This document shows, one piece after another, positions 18,808 to 27,776 of a stretch of 64,000 nucleotides of DNA (the stretch's first letter is position 1; each line of letters begins with the position of its first letter). Location: NCBI GenBank assembly GCA_016936975.1, contig JAFGWU010000014.1, positions 23,529 to 87,528 of the forward strand, in the 5' to 3' direction. Under the pieces are notes generated by a model, which did not search any database, was not told the origin of the DNA, and saw nothing but the letters and a program-made list of their open reading frames with translations. The position numbers and the translations under genes are program-made. This stretch comes from Bacteroidales bacterium. Its GTDB lineage: Bacteria > Bacteroidota > Bacteroidia > Bacteroidales > GCA-2748055.

Positions 18808-20712
18808 ATGAAAAAGAACGTGAATCATATAATCGTAATATCAGCAACATTATTCATGATGTTGCTCGGGTCCTGTTCGCTGGATGAGTTCAATCCGTCT
18901 ACAGTGGACCTTGAAACCGCGTATACGGATCCCGATGGATTTGAAAGCCTGATAAACTATTGCTATGACGGCTTATACTATTTCTACGGAAAAATAGATG
19001 GCATCGGGATCATGGAGATGGGTACCGATCTCTGGTTTTCCGAGAGCAAGGAGAAGGGATTCTCTCAATACGGCAGCGATATGAGTACGGAAATGGGAAC
19101 ACTGAGGGTGTTCTGGCAGGGGTTTTATGCGACCGTTAATTACTGCAACATGGCCATTCATTACGCCGATAAGGTCGAGGGCTATACCGCGGAGGAGCGG
19201 GATGCCAAGGTGGCTGAAGCCTATTTTCTCAGGGGCTGGAGCAATCTGAATTTAGTCGAGCAATTCGGAGGTGTGGTTTTACGCACCGAACCGACCACCC
19301 TGACGGGTCCCGATAATTTCCCGAAACGCAGTTCGGAAGTTGATTTTTATGACCTGATCATTTCCGATTTGAAATTTGCCTGTGAACATTTGCCTTATGA
19401 CCAGGGTGCGGAACGCGGACGGGTCTCGAAAAAAGCAGCATACGGAATGCTCGCGAAAGCCTATCTGCAGAGAACACGGCTCGGGGAATCGGATGCATCC
19501 GACTATGCCCGTCTGGCCCTTGAAGCTGCCGAAGAGCTGATCAATAACCAGGGAGAATACGATATTGCACTCAACCTGAGTACCGATACCCAATCGGGCT
19601 ACTCCAAACTTTGGGATGGGGAGAATAATAAAACCAACAAGGAGTTCCTCTTTATTGAGGCAGTCGACCACGAAACCTTTTTAAATCCTGACGGGGACAA
19701 CCGCGGGCGCACACGTCAGTATTATTTGATGGACCTGAAGACGGTTGGGGCAGAGTGGGGAACCACCGAGAAGAACTGCTACTGGTACAGCCGGGCAAAC
19801 GACAGGGGATTTAAGCCGACCAAATACCTGCTGACTGAGGTTTTCGAACCAGTCCGGGATCCTGCAGATACCCGTTTTGAGGAAACATTCTTCACGCAAT
19901 ACTTCAACTCCAAATGGTCCGACCATGTTATCACCGAGGCACTGGCCACCAAATATGGCAAGGATCCGTCGGTCATCGGGGATACCATTAAAAATACGGC
20001 CGGCACTTATAATACCACAGATGAATATTATGGCGGAAAAAGTTATTACGGCATAAATGGTTCAGGCTGCGTCAATATGGTTGATGAAGACGGAGACGGA
20101 TACCTCGACGGTCTGTCGGTGTTCACGCCGAATTATACCATACCGGCCGGGGAGAAGACTATGATGCCGTTCCTCTGCGTGGACCCTTCAGATATGTTTG
20201 ATGCCCAGGGAAGGTGGGTTACCCCGTTAACAGAACCCCGCGGCACAGAGTATAAAGACTGTTATCCCTCCATGCGCAAATTTTCATCCCTTTACTGGAT
20301 CTATACAAATCAGAAATGGGAGGGCGATGTACCGATTCTGCGGTTGGGAGAGGTATACCTGATTGCCGCGGAAGCAGCTCTCCGGTACAACGGCGATCAG
20401 GGTAAGGCCGCCGGCTATGTGAATACCATCAGGCAACGTGCTGCCGTTACCGGACGGGCCGCCGGGATGACGGTTGATCCGTCAGAGGTGACGCTCGATT
20501 TTATTTTGGAGGAGAGGGCCCGTGAGCTGGCAGGAGAGCAGGTGAGATGGACCGACCTGAAACGGTTCGGCAAACTTTCCAGTGCCTATCTTTCAGAGAA
20601 GAATCCCGATATCATTGCCTTTGATGATAACAAGAATTCGTTGAGGCCCATTCCGCAGTCGTTCCTGGATGCCATTGCCAATCCGGAAGAGTTCGGAACG
20701 AATGGGTATTAG
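18808..20712 (+). CDS. susD: SusD/RagB-family nutrient-binding lipoprotein
   Basis: Start MKKNVNHI at 18808 with lipobox LLGSC. It sits immediately after susC. The C-terminal region ERARELAGEQVRWTDLKRFG is typical of SusD. Confidence 0.93.
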   Translation: MKKNVNHIIVISATLFMMLLGSCSLDEFNPSTVDLETAYTDPDGFESLINYCYDGLYYFYGKIDGIGIMEMGTDLWFSESKEKGFSQYGSDMSTEMGTLRVFWQGFYATVNYCNMAIHYADKVEGYTAEERDAKVAEAYFLRGWSNLNLVEQFGGVVLRTEPTTLTGPDNFPKRSSEVDFYDLIISDLKFACEHLPYDQGAERGRVSKKAAYGMLAKAYLQRTRLGESDASDYARLALEAAEELINNQGEYDIALNLSTDTQSGYSKLWDGENNKTNKEFLFIEAVDHETFLNPDGDNRGRTRQYYLMDLKTVGAEWGTTEKNCYWYSRANDRGFKPTKYLLTEVFEPVRDPADTRFEETFFTQYFNSKWSDHVITEALATKYGKDPSVIGDTIKNTAGTYNTTDEYYGGKSYYGINGSGCVNMVDEDGDGYLDGLSVFTPNYTIPAGEKTMMPFLCVDPSDMFDAQGRWVTPLTEPRGTEYKDCYPSMRKFSSLYWIYTNQKWEGDVPILRLGEVYLIAAEAALRYNGDQGKAAGYVNTIRQRAAVTGRAAGMTVDPSEVTLDFILEERARELAGEQVRWTDLKRFGKLSSAYLSEKNPDIIAFDDNKNSLRPIPQSFLDAIANPEEFGTNGY

Positions 20713-20818
20713 GCGAATAAGCGACTGAGCGAATAAGCGACTGAACGATTAGGCGACTGGGCGAATAAGCGACTGAGCGATTAGGCGACTGGGCGAGACT
20801 GGGCGACTGGGCGAATAA
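20713..20818. repeat. Tandem 8-bp array (13 units; 16-bp dimer GCGAATAA-GCGACTGR)
   Basis: Direct reading, starting at the first base after the SusD stop codon. The unit at 20793-20802 has a 2-nt insertion (GCGAGACTGG). Confidence 0.95.
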
Positions 20819-21102
20819 ACAGCGGGCTGCATCGCCTTTTATCGTCTTTCATTGGTTGTTTGAGGTTTGACGACGGTGCAAGGTGCAGCAGCTTTGCCGG
20901 AGAAAGGAACGTACCGCCTCATGTCTGAGCAACCTGATAATCAAAAGTATTGAATACATAAGAAAATGGTTGCGAAGACAGAGGGGGTATTATAATCCGG
21001 AAATGAATGTATCATTTATTATAAATTGAAACCTTGCTTCCTCAAACCTTTTATTTTGAGACACCCCTGTCCGATGGAGCTATGCCTTAAAATTGTTACT
21101 GA

Positions 21103-21870
21103 ATGAAGAAGAAACAATGGTATGAATCTCTGTTTGAGAATTATGCAGAGAAATACGATAATGAGAATTTTACAAAGGGCACAAAAGGGGAATGTGATTT
21201 CATCGAGACGGAATTGCAGTTCGATAAATCCCTGAGGATACTGGATGTGGGCTGCGGAACGGGCAGGCATGCCATAGAGTTAACGAAAAGAGGGTATATT
21301 GTGACCGGGATCGATTTGTCGGAAAACTTGCTTCAGCGAGCCAGGGAGAAAGCCGCGAAGGAGAACCTGAAAATAGATTTTCAAAAACAGGATGCCCGGG
21401 ATCTGCCATTCATCAGGGAGTTTGACGTGGCCATCATGCTGTGTGAAGGCGGATTTCCATTGATGGAAACCGATGAGATGAATTACCGGATACTGGAAAG
21501 CGTTACCCGATCCCTGAAAGAGAACAGCACGTTTATTTTCACCACATTGAACGGACTGTTTCCATTGTATCACTCTGTTGAGGAGTATACTGATAAGAAT
21601 GCCGGGGAAGGAAATGCGGTTTATCACAGCAACACCTTTGATTTAATGACGTTCAGGGATCATAACATAACGGAGTTAGAAGATGATTCAGGAAATAAGA
21701 AGATCCTTGAATCGAATGAACGCTACTATGTTCCCAGCGAAATAACCTGGTTGTTGAAATCCCTTGGCTATAATAAGATTGATATTTATGGTGCCAGGCT
21801 CGGGGCTTTCTCCAGAAAGGATGAACTGACGACGAAGGATTTCGAGATGCTGGTGATCGCTGAAAAATAA
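21103..21870 (+). CDS. Class I SAM-dependent methyltransferase
   Basis: Motif I ILDVGCGTGRHAIEL plus a downstream acidic loop. Substrate unknown. Confidence 0.8.
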   Translation: MKKKQWYESLFENYAEKYDNENFTKGTKGECDFIETELQFDKSLRILDVGCGTGRHAIELTKRGYIVTGIDLSENLLQRAREKAAKENLKIDFQKQDARDLPFIREFDVAIMLCEGGFPLMETDEMNYRILESVTRSLKENSTFIFTTLNGLFPLYHSVEEYTDKNAGEGNAVYHSNTFDLMTFRDHNITELEDDSGNKKILESNERYYVPSEITWLLKSLGYNKIDIYGARLGAFSRKDELTTKDFEMLVIAEK

Positions 21871-21941
21871 CTGCAATCATTCAGGCGGGCAGACTGCTGT
21901 TGCATCGTACAGAAGGTCCGCAGCGGAACGGGATAAAATTT

Positions 21942-22403
21942 CTACCTCATGAATTTTCTCAGTAATTCAGAGCAGATACTGTATCCGTTTCGCCACTCAC
22001 TCTCCCTGGGGCCGGAAAAGTTGAGTATGGCAGGTTTGATCCGGTCGGTAAACTTGCGAAGCTTCATGGCTGCCTTTTCGGGGGTGTGAACCGACATATC
22101 AAGCAGGAGGAACGGCTTCCCTTCCTGACGTGTGAACATATAGGATTCCAGCGTGCCACCCTCCATCTCCTCCATGAAAATGATCACCGTGGCATCGCTT
22201 CCGATGACATTGGCCCGGGTGCGATCAAGATAATCACCACCCGGCAGTTCGGTGAGAGGATACTTTTTATCGATGATACCATCTTCGGCTTTCCGGTCCT
22301 GGGGACACCATCCGCCGCATTCCACACGATTTCCCAGGCAAAAATCGAGCACGGCCCTGTCGACGCCTGTCTGTCCCCCGGAAATGAGTTTTATTTTATC
22401 CAT
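21942..22403 (-). CDS. SLOG-superfamily protein of the YpsA / 'putative molybdenum carrier' type
   Basis: ISGGQTGVDRAVLDFCL...GGWCPQDRKAEDG resembles the PF12694-type motif as I recall it. It overlaps the upstream kinase gene by 13 nt. Confidence 0.6.
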   Translation of the reverse strand: MDKIKLISGGQTGVDRAVLDFCLGNRVECGGWCPQDRKAEDGIIDKKYPLTELPGGDYLDRTRANVIGSDATVIIFMEEMEGGTLESYMFTRQEGKPFLLLDMSVHTPEKAAMKLRKFTDRIKPAILNFSGPRESEWRNGYSICSELLRKFMR

Positions 22404-23314
22404 AATATGTCCCCGTCAAATTTTTCAGTCAGGAAATCAATGGCAGTTTCGTGGCAGATTCCCAACAGATAGCCTCCGCCGGAACCATTCAGCTTAAGAT
22501 AATATTCATTGCTGACCTGGCCCTCGATCCACGGATCCAGCATATGGTCGGGAATCATCTTCCTGAAATGGTTGTACTGAAAATCGGAAATCACCCGGAA
22601 AATTAGACCCGGGTCGGTTTTCTCCAATCCGAGAAGCGCATCGATCAGTCTTTGATTCATGCGTAGATACTCTTCCCTGATCCTTGTTTCAAACTTTTCA
22701 TCCTTCATTTGTTCGAGGAAATATCCAACCAGCGGAGCGGTATCAAACCGGGTATGCGAATCGAGAAGGAAAAACCGGTATTTCATGGGCAGGTCCGACA
22801 GGTCCAGCTTCACCTCTGTTATGGTTCCGTCTTCCCTGAAATAGAGCGGGGCTTTCCTGAAGCAGGTGAGGGCATCCACCCCGGAGCTTCTGCCATGGAA
22901 ATAGGATTCGATCAGCACCAGGTCATGTCGCTGTTCTTCCATCGTCAGGCTGTCGGAATACTCGAAAAACTGATTGTAAAGACAGGCTGCCAGGGCTCCC
23001 GAACTGCCCAGTCCGTATCCCTCGGGAATGCTCGATTCGTACCAGAGGTCACCTGAATACTCTTCAAAAAGTTTCTTATTAAATCTTGCTTTAAAATTAT
23101 CTTCCGGCAGCCGGACCAGGTAATGATATAGGTCCTGAACCGATTGATTGGAAATGGCGGCCTGCTCAGCCATACCTGGAGGGACTTCTTTCATCCGCCG
23201 TGGACGGGTGGTGAAAATCCCAAAGGGAATCGTAAGCGCGCTTCCACCCAGAATGACGCCGTACTCCCCTGTGAGCATGATTTTTGCAGGAAACAGGATA
23301 TTTTCAGAATTCAT
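22391..23314 (-). CDS. GHMP-family kinase (mevalonate kinase candidate)
   Basis: N-terminal KIMLTGEYGVILGGSALTIPF and GHMP motif PEGYGLGSSGALAACLY, in a mevalonate-operon context. Confidence 0.75.
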   Translation of the reverse strand: MNSENILFPAKIMLTGEYGVILGGSALTIPFGIFTTRPRRMKEVPPGMAEQAAISNQSVQDLYHYLVRLPEDNFKARFNKKLFEEYSGDLWYESSIPEGYGLGSSGALAACLYNQFFEYSDSLTMEEQRHDLVLIESYFHGRSSGVDALTCFRKAPLYFREDGTITEVKLDLSDLPMKYRFFLLDSHTRFDTAPLVGYFLEQMKDEKFETRIREEYLRMNQRLIDALLGLEKTDPGLIFRVISDFQYNHFRKMIPDHMLDPWIEGQVSNEYYLKLNGSGGGYLLGICHETAIDFLTEKFDGDILWIK

Positions 23315-23319
23315 AAATA

Positions 23320-24513
23320 TTATATTTTACGGGCATCAGTCCCGGTTCGTGAAGGACCGTTACCCATCCGGTCACTGATAAAATATCCGTTTTCACAGTA
23401 TGCCCTGAGATCTGATCCAATAAAAGCATCAATTTCTTTTGCATCTTCTTCAGCATAAATAAGGTGCACATTGGCTCCCGCATCCAGTGTGAACCCAACC
23501 CGGTGACCGGTCCCGTTCCTGTATTCCCTTACCAGGCTGATGATTTTTAGTGATTCGGGTTGCATCAGCAGATAGCCGGGCCGGCCGGTCATCATCATGG
23601 CATGAAGGGTAAGTGCTTCCGTTTCCAGGATTTCAATGAATCCCTTCCAGTCTCCTGAGGCAATGTATTCCTTCAGCAGGCTGAGATTTGTTCCTGCCTG
23701 TCTGAAACGTACCTCGGCGAAAGGGTTGTTTTGCATGAGGGCATGACCGGCACTGCTGGATACTTTTTTTGCACCCGACTCGACAATCAGAATCGTATCC
23801 CGGATCGCTCCCAGGTTCCGGTGAACAGGAATCACAGGAATAGCATATTCATTGCTCGAACCGGCCCACTCCTTGCTTTCCCCCCACAACGCCATGTTGC
23901 CGTATACCGACCGCGATGCACTGCCCGAACCCAGCCGTGCAATAAAAGAAGCCTTCCGAAAAAACCACTCTTCATCTTTAAGTGATGAACGGCCATCCTG
24001 AACTTGTTTCAGGATCTTCTTCGTTTCTTGGTTTGTCTTCCGTTCGGGGGCCTGTTTCAGGATCTGCTCCTCCATTTCGCACAGGCAAAGGGCAAGAGCT
24101 CCCATGGCCGATGCACTGGAGGCAATGCCGGAGGAGTGCGGAAAGCTGTTACGCGAATGAACCGTCAGTTCGGCCTGTTTGAGAAAAGGCAGATAAGCTG
24201 TAACCGCAGTGAGGACCTTCAGGATTCGCGCCTCAAAGTCGGGTGCCGGTTTTTTTTCAAAAAAGAAGCTGAGTCCGGTTTCTTTCCTGCCGGGATCAAT
24301 GCTATAATCCACCCGGGTTTCGGTTACGGCCTTATCGAGTGTGATGCTGAGGGAGGGATTCATTGGAATCTGAACCGGTCGTTTGCCCCAGTATTTGACG
24401 ATTGCAATATTCGAGGGACAGGTCCAGCCAACTGTTCCGGAGAGGGGGCCGATCCGTCCGGACGGAAAATCCTTCAGGGCGGCAACCAGTTCATCATGAT
24501 ACGACATTCCCAT
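23320..24513 (-). CDS. mvaD: Diphosphomevalonate decarboxylase
   Basis: PSNIAIVKYWGKR, SFPHSSGIASSASAMGALALCL and GSGSASRSVYG are typical MVD motifs. Confidence 0.9.
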   Translation of the reverse strand: MGMSYHDELVAALKDFPSGRIGPLSGTVGWTCPSNIAIVKYWGKRPVQIPMNPSLSITLDKAVTETRVDYSIDPGRKETGLSFFFEKKPAPDFEARILKVLTAVTAYLPFLKQAELTVHSRNSFPHSSGIASSASAMGALALCLCEMEEQILKQAPERKTNQETKKILKQVQDGRSSLKDEEWFFRKASFIARLGSGSASRSVYGNMALWGESKEWAGSSNEYAIPVIPVHRNLGAIRDTILIVESGAKKVSSSAGHALMQNNPFAEVRFRQAGTNLSLLKEYIASGDWKGFIEILETEALTLHAMMMTGRPGYLLMQPESLKIISLVREYRNGTGHRVGFTLDAGANVHLIYAEEDAKEIDAFIGSDLRAYCENGYFISDRMGNGPSRTGTDARKI

Positions 24514-25426
24514 GCTTTACCAGTTCGTTAAAGTTAAAAAGCACCCTGATTTTTTTCTTCTCCAGGTATTCTTTCAAAGATTCATGATCCCTGCCGGTTA
24601 CGATCATGACAAAGTCACCACCCCATGCGCCCAGGGACTTCACGTATCCGTCCAGGTCATTGAACAGGGTTTTCCCGACAGGCGTCAGGTTCAGCAGTTC
24701 AGAGAGTCGAGCCTCGTGGCGGGTCATATAATCTCCGAACTCATCGCGGTTGCCTGCATGAAGCATTCCCTCGGTCATCGCATCGAAAAATTCGATTGTC
24801 CGGTGGTCGGGGTCCAGGACGGATTGATAATGTTCAACGCTTTCATGAGAGTTTTGCTTTCTTCCGAGCCAGGCGAAGAAGATATTGTCTGAGAAGGCGG
24901 GAAGGAAGCTGACATGCCTGTACTGCGGGGCATCGTGTTTGATACGGTATACGATGGGTCCGCTGGCGATGGCGGTGGCGACATCATATCCGGATCCTGA
25001 AGAGATTTGCAGGTGCAGGTCGAGGGGGTTGAGTTCGGCCCACTCAGCGAGAAGGGCGGTAAGGGTCGAGCTGCTGCCAAGACCCCAGGAGGGATGGAAC
25101 TCGAGTTGGGTTTCAACATCCCAGGTAAAGAGCTCCTGCCGGAATGATGAGGAGAGTGTATCAAGGGTCTTTAGATAACCGGCCAGCTTTTCGGCTTTGG
25201 ATCGATCGGTTGTCTCTACGATCTCCAGGGTTGAAGAATTGAAAACGACCCGGAACCAGGGCCTGTTGAGATAGAAAGCCTCCCAGCAAAACAGCTTTTT
25301 TTGCCGTGCTGGTTTGAGATGGAGGGATTGTCCGACATGCAGGGGAAAGGAGAGGGCCTGGGCTCCGTACATTACCATGTACTCGGAGGAGATAAGCAGC
25401 TTGCCGTGGGCGTAAAATGGTTTCAA
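24494..25426 (-). CDS. GYDIA-type GHMP kinase (phosphomevalonate kinase candidate)
   Basis: GKLLISSEYMVMYGAQALSFPL, SWGLGSSSTLTALLAEW and SGSGYDVATAI (GYDIA-like motif). Confidence 0.75.
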   Translation of the reverse strand: MKPFYAHGKLLISSEYMVMYGAQALSFPLHVGQSLHLKPARQKKLFCWEAFYLNRPWFRVVFNSSTLEIVETTDRSKAEKLAGYLKTLDTLSSSFRQELFTWDVETQLEFHPSWGLGSSSTLTALLAEWAELNPLDLHLQISSGSGYDVATAIASGPIVYRIKHDAPQYRHVSFLPAFSDNIFFAWLGRKQNSHESVEHYQSVLDPDHRTIEFFDAMTEGMLHAGNRDEFGDYMTRHEARLSELLNLTPVGKTLFNDLDGYVKSLGAWGGDFVMIVTGRDHESLKEYLEKKKIRVLFNFNELVKHGNVVS

Positions 25427-25429
25427 GGT

Positions 25430-26761
25430 TTACCGGCTTTGGTTCCTCAGGATATTCAGATAATTCTCAACCGCGGAATGCGATACGGTTTTATCACCGA
25501 AATAGCGTTTTACCTCGTCTTTTTCCGGTTCTGTAGCTCCCAGCCGCTGCAAAATGTTGCTTAGATGCATTTTCATGTGTCCCTGCTGGATCCCTTTTGT
25601 GATCAGTGATCTTACGGCACTGAAGTTGTTGGCCAGCCCGGCCGCAGCAATGATCTCCATGAGGAGGCTGGCTCCCGGATTCCCGAGTATTCCCAGACTT
25701 ATTTTCGCCAGGGGATGCAATTCTGTTAATCCCCCGACTGTTCCCACGGCGAACGGAACTTTCAGGGTAAACCGGAACATTCCCTTTCTGACCGATGCTG
25801 CAGAAAGACTGGTATAGGAACCTTCATGGGAGGCATAGGCATGGGCACACGCCTCCACCGCCCTGAAATCGTTGCCGGTTGCAATCACCACGGCATCCAT
25901 GCCGTTCAGGATCCCCTTGTTGTGCGTAACAGCCCTGTATGCATCCTTTTGTGCGATATTCACCGCCAGAGCAAATTTTTCTGCAAAAGCAGATCCGTTG
26001 AGATTGTCATCGAGCCGGTCGAGTGCTTTGACAGGTGCCTCCACATAACATTCAACAAGCGATTCGGGTGTGTAGTTGGAGAGAATAGACATGATGATGG
26101 TTAATTCACCTTTGATCCCCGCAGACCGGGTCTCCCGGGTAACCAGATCCTTCCATGCTTTTGCAAGTTCTTCCAACACGGAGTTGATGAAATTGGCCCC
26201 CATGGCATCGGCCGTATGGAAGTTCACAAAGAGCTGAAAAAAAGATGGAATTCTGTCGGTTTTATCCAGGAGGCGGAGTTCGCGTATGCCCCCTCCGCGT
26301 TTTTCCATCCTTTCGGTAAGGAAAGATACTGACTTCAGCAGGTTTTCCCTGTTCCGTTCGAAAAGGTTGTAAAGACTCGCGCCGTCACCGGTCCATCGGA
26401 AATGCACCTGGCCAACCTTGAGCCGGTCCACGACTTTTACATGAAATCCCCCATTCATGGCCCAGAAGCGGGCTGCAGAGGCGGCGGCAGCTACCACGGA
26501 GCTCTCTTCGATAACCATTGGCACCGTATAAAGATGTCCGTTCACCAGGAAGTTGGGAGCCAGTCCATAAGGTAAAAAGTAGTTGGATATGGTATTTTCA
26601 CTGAATTCCTCATACATCCCCTGAAGCAGGGGGTCAGGATGCAGATGGGAGTTCAGCACCCTGGCCAGATCTTCGGCTTCCTTATTCTGGTCGGCCAGCC
26701 ACTGAATTTTCTCACTCCTGGAAAGTTTGGAGAAACCTTTGACAATCGGGGGCAGTTTCAT
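25430..26761 (-). CDS. mvaA: Hydroxymethylglutaryl-CoA reductase, class II
   Basis: ENTISNYFLPYGLAPNFLVNGHLYTVPMVIEESSVVAAAS parallels class II HMGR (P. mevalonii type). The likely start is MKLPPIV at 26761; the track ORF starts at 26791. Confidence 0.9.
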   Translation of the reverse strand: MKLPPIVKGFSKLSRSEKIQWLADQNKEAEDLARVLNSHLHPDPLLQGMYEEFSENTISNYFLPYGLAPNFLVNGHLYTVPMVIEESSVVAAAASAARFWAMNGGFHVKVVDRLKVGQVHFRWTGDGASLYNLFERNRENLLKSVSFLTERMEKRGGGIRELRLLDKTDRIPSFFQLFVNFHTADAMGANFINSVLEELAKAWKDLVTRETRSAGIKGELTIIMSILSNYTPESLVECYVEAPVKALDRLDDNLNGSAFAEKFALAVNIAQKDAYRAVTHNKGILNGMDAVVIATGNDFRAVEACAHAYASHEGSYTSLSAASVRKGMFRFTLKVPFAVGTVGGLTELHPLAKISLGILGNPGASLLMEIIAAAGLANNFSAVRSLITKGIQQGHMKMHLSNILQRLGATEPEKDEVKRYFGDKTVSHSAVENYLNILRNQSR

Positions 26762-26765
26762 GTGT

Positions 26766-27767
26766 CTATTCTTTGATGGTGAGGTAGGCATATGCCATTT
26801 CCAAACCTTGTACCTGGTTCATAACAAAGTTACGAAGTTGTTCATAATCTCCCCTGGCGTATTTTAAAAAAGTGGAAGCCATTCCGTAAATGGCCGGCAG
26901 CTGAGACTTCCGGATGAGGTAATAACCATCGAGGAAGGTTTTTATTCCTCCTGAAACTATGAGTTCCCTGCACATTGGTTTCTCTTCCTGGATGATCCGG
27001 TTGACATAACCAACCATGGAGGCGGGATCCTCGCCGATAAGGGATAATGGTTCAAAGTGTTCCTTTTTGGCACGATCGTCCCGGAGAAGTTCAACCCTGG
27101 CGAAGTTGGTGCCACCGAATCCTCCGAACTCAATCGCCTGAAGGGGCAACTGCAACAAGCTCCGGAGGCTTTCAGGCCCCATTCCCTGGCCGACCTCTTT
27201 CACAATCACCGGAAAGGAAAACCGGTCCAGGAATCTTCGGAGGGTTTCTACCGGCGGATGGGTAAAGATATCTCCTTCAGGTTGAAACCACTCCTGGATC
27301 GGATTGATATGAACGACGAGTCCGTCGGCTTCCAGCTCCCTGACCAGATCAACGGCTTTGGATACCTGGTTACGTTCCAGAAGCTCCTCGATCTGTGCAA
27401 TCCCCAGATTGGCGTAGAAGGGGAGGTCGCCACCAATGATCCGCCGCATATTGAAATCATCGAAATAGGTTTTATCCTCCATGATGATTCGGCAGGAACC
27501 CAGACCCATGCCCATTCCGAACTCATTGCAGGCCATCGCCAGGTTACGGTTAATGATGCCCGCCAATTTTGTTCCGCCGGTCATACTGCTGATCCATAAC
27601 GGGGCACGGTGTGTCTTTCCAAGGAAGGTAAAAGGTTGAAGGCCATTCCGGGGATGTTCCCGGAGAACGGGCTCATAGTGGAACCGGTTATCCAGTTCCG
27701 GCAAACCGGCCTGGGATTTAAAAGCCAAATCGATGTGGTCCTTTTTTCGGTTTTCAAGCGTTTCCAT
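26766..27767 (-). CDS. fni: Type 2 (FMN-dependent) isopentenyl-diphosphate delta-isomerase
   Basis: RKKDHIDLA, the SSMTGG motif, TIM-barrel-like length (333 aa) and a mevalonate-operon context. Confidence 0.9.
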   Translation of the reverse strand: METLENRKKDHIDLAFKSQAGLPELDNRFHYEPVLREHPRNGLQPFTFLGKTHRAPLWISSMTGGTKLAGIINRNLAMACNEFGMGMGLGSCRIIMEDKTYFDDFNMRRIIGGDLPFYANLGIAQIEELLERNQVSKAVDLVRELEADGLVVHINPIQEWFQPEGDIFTHPPVETLRRFLDRFSFPVIVKEVGQGMGPESLRSLLQLPLQAIEFGGFGGTNFARVELLRDDRAKKEHFEPLSLIGEDPASMVGYVNRIIQEEKPMCRELIVSGGIKTFLDGYYLIRKSQLPAIYGMASTFLKYARGDYEQLRNFVMNQVQGLEMAYAYLTIKE

Positions 27768-27776
27768 ATCCGGGGA

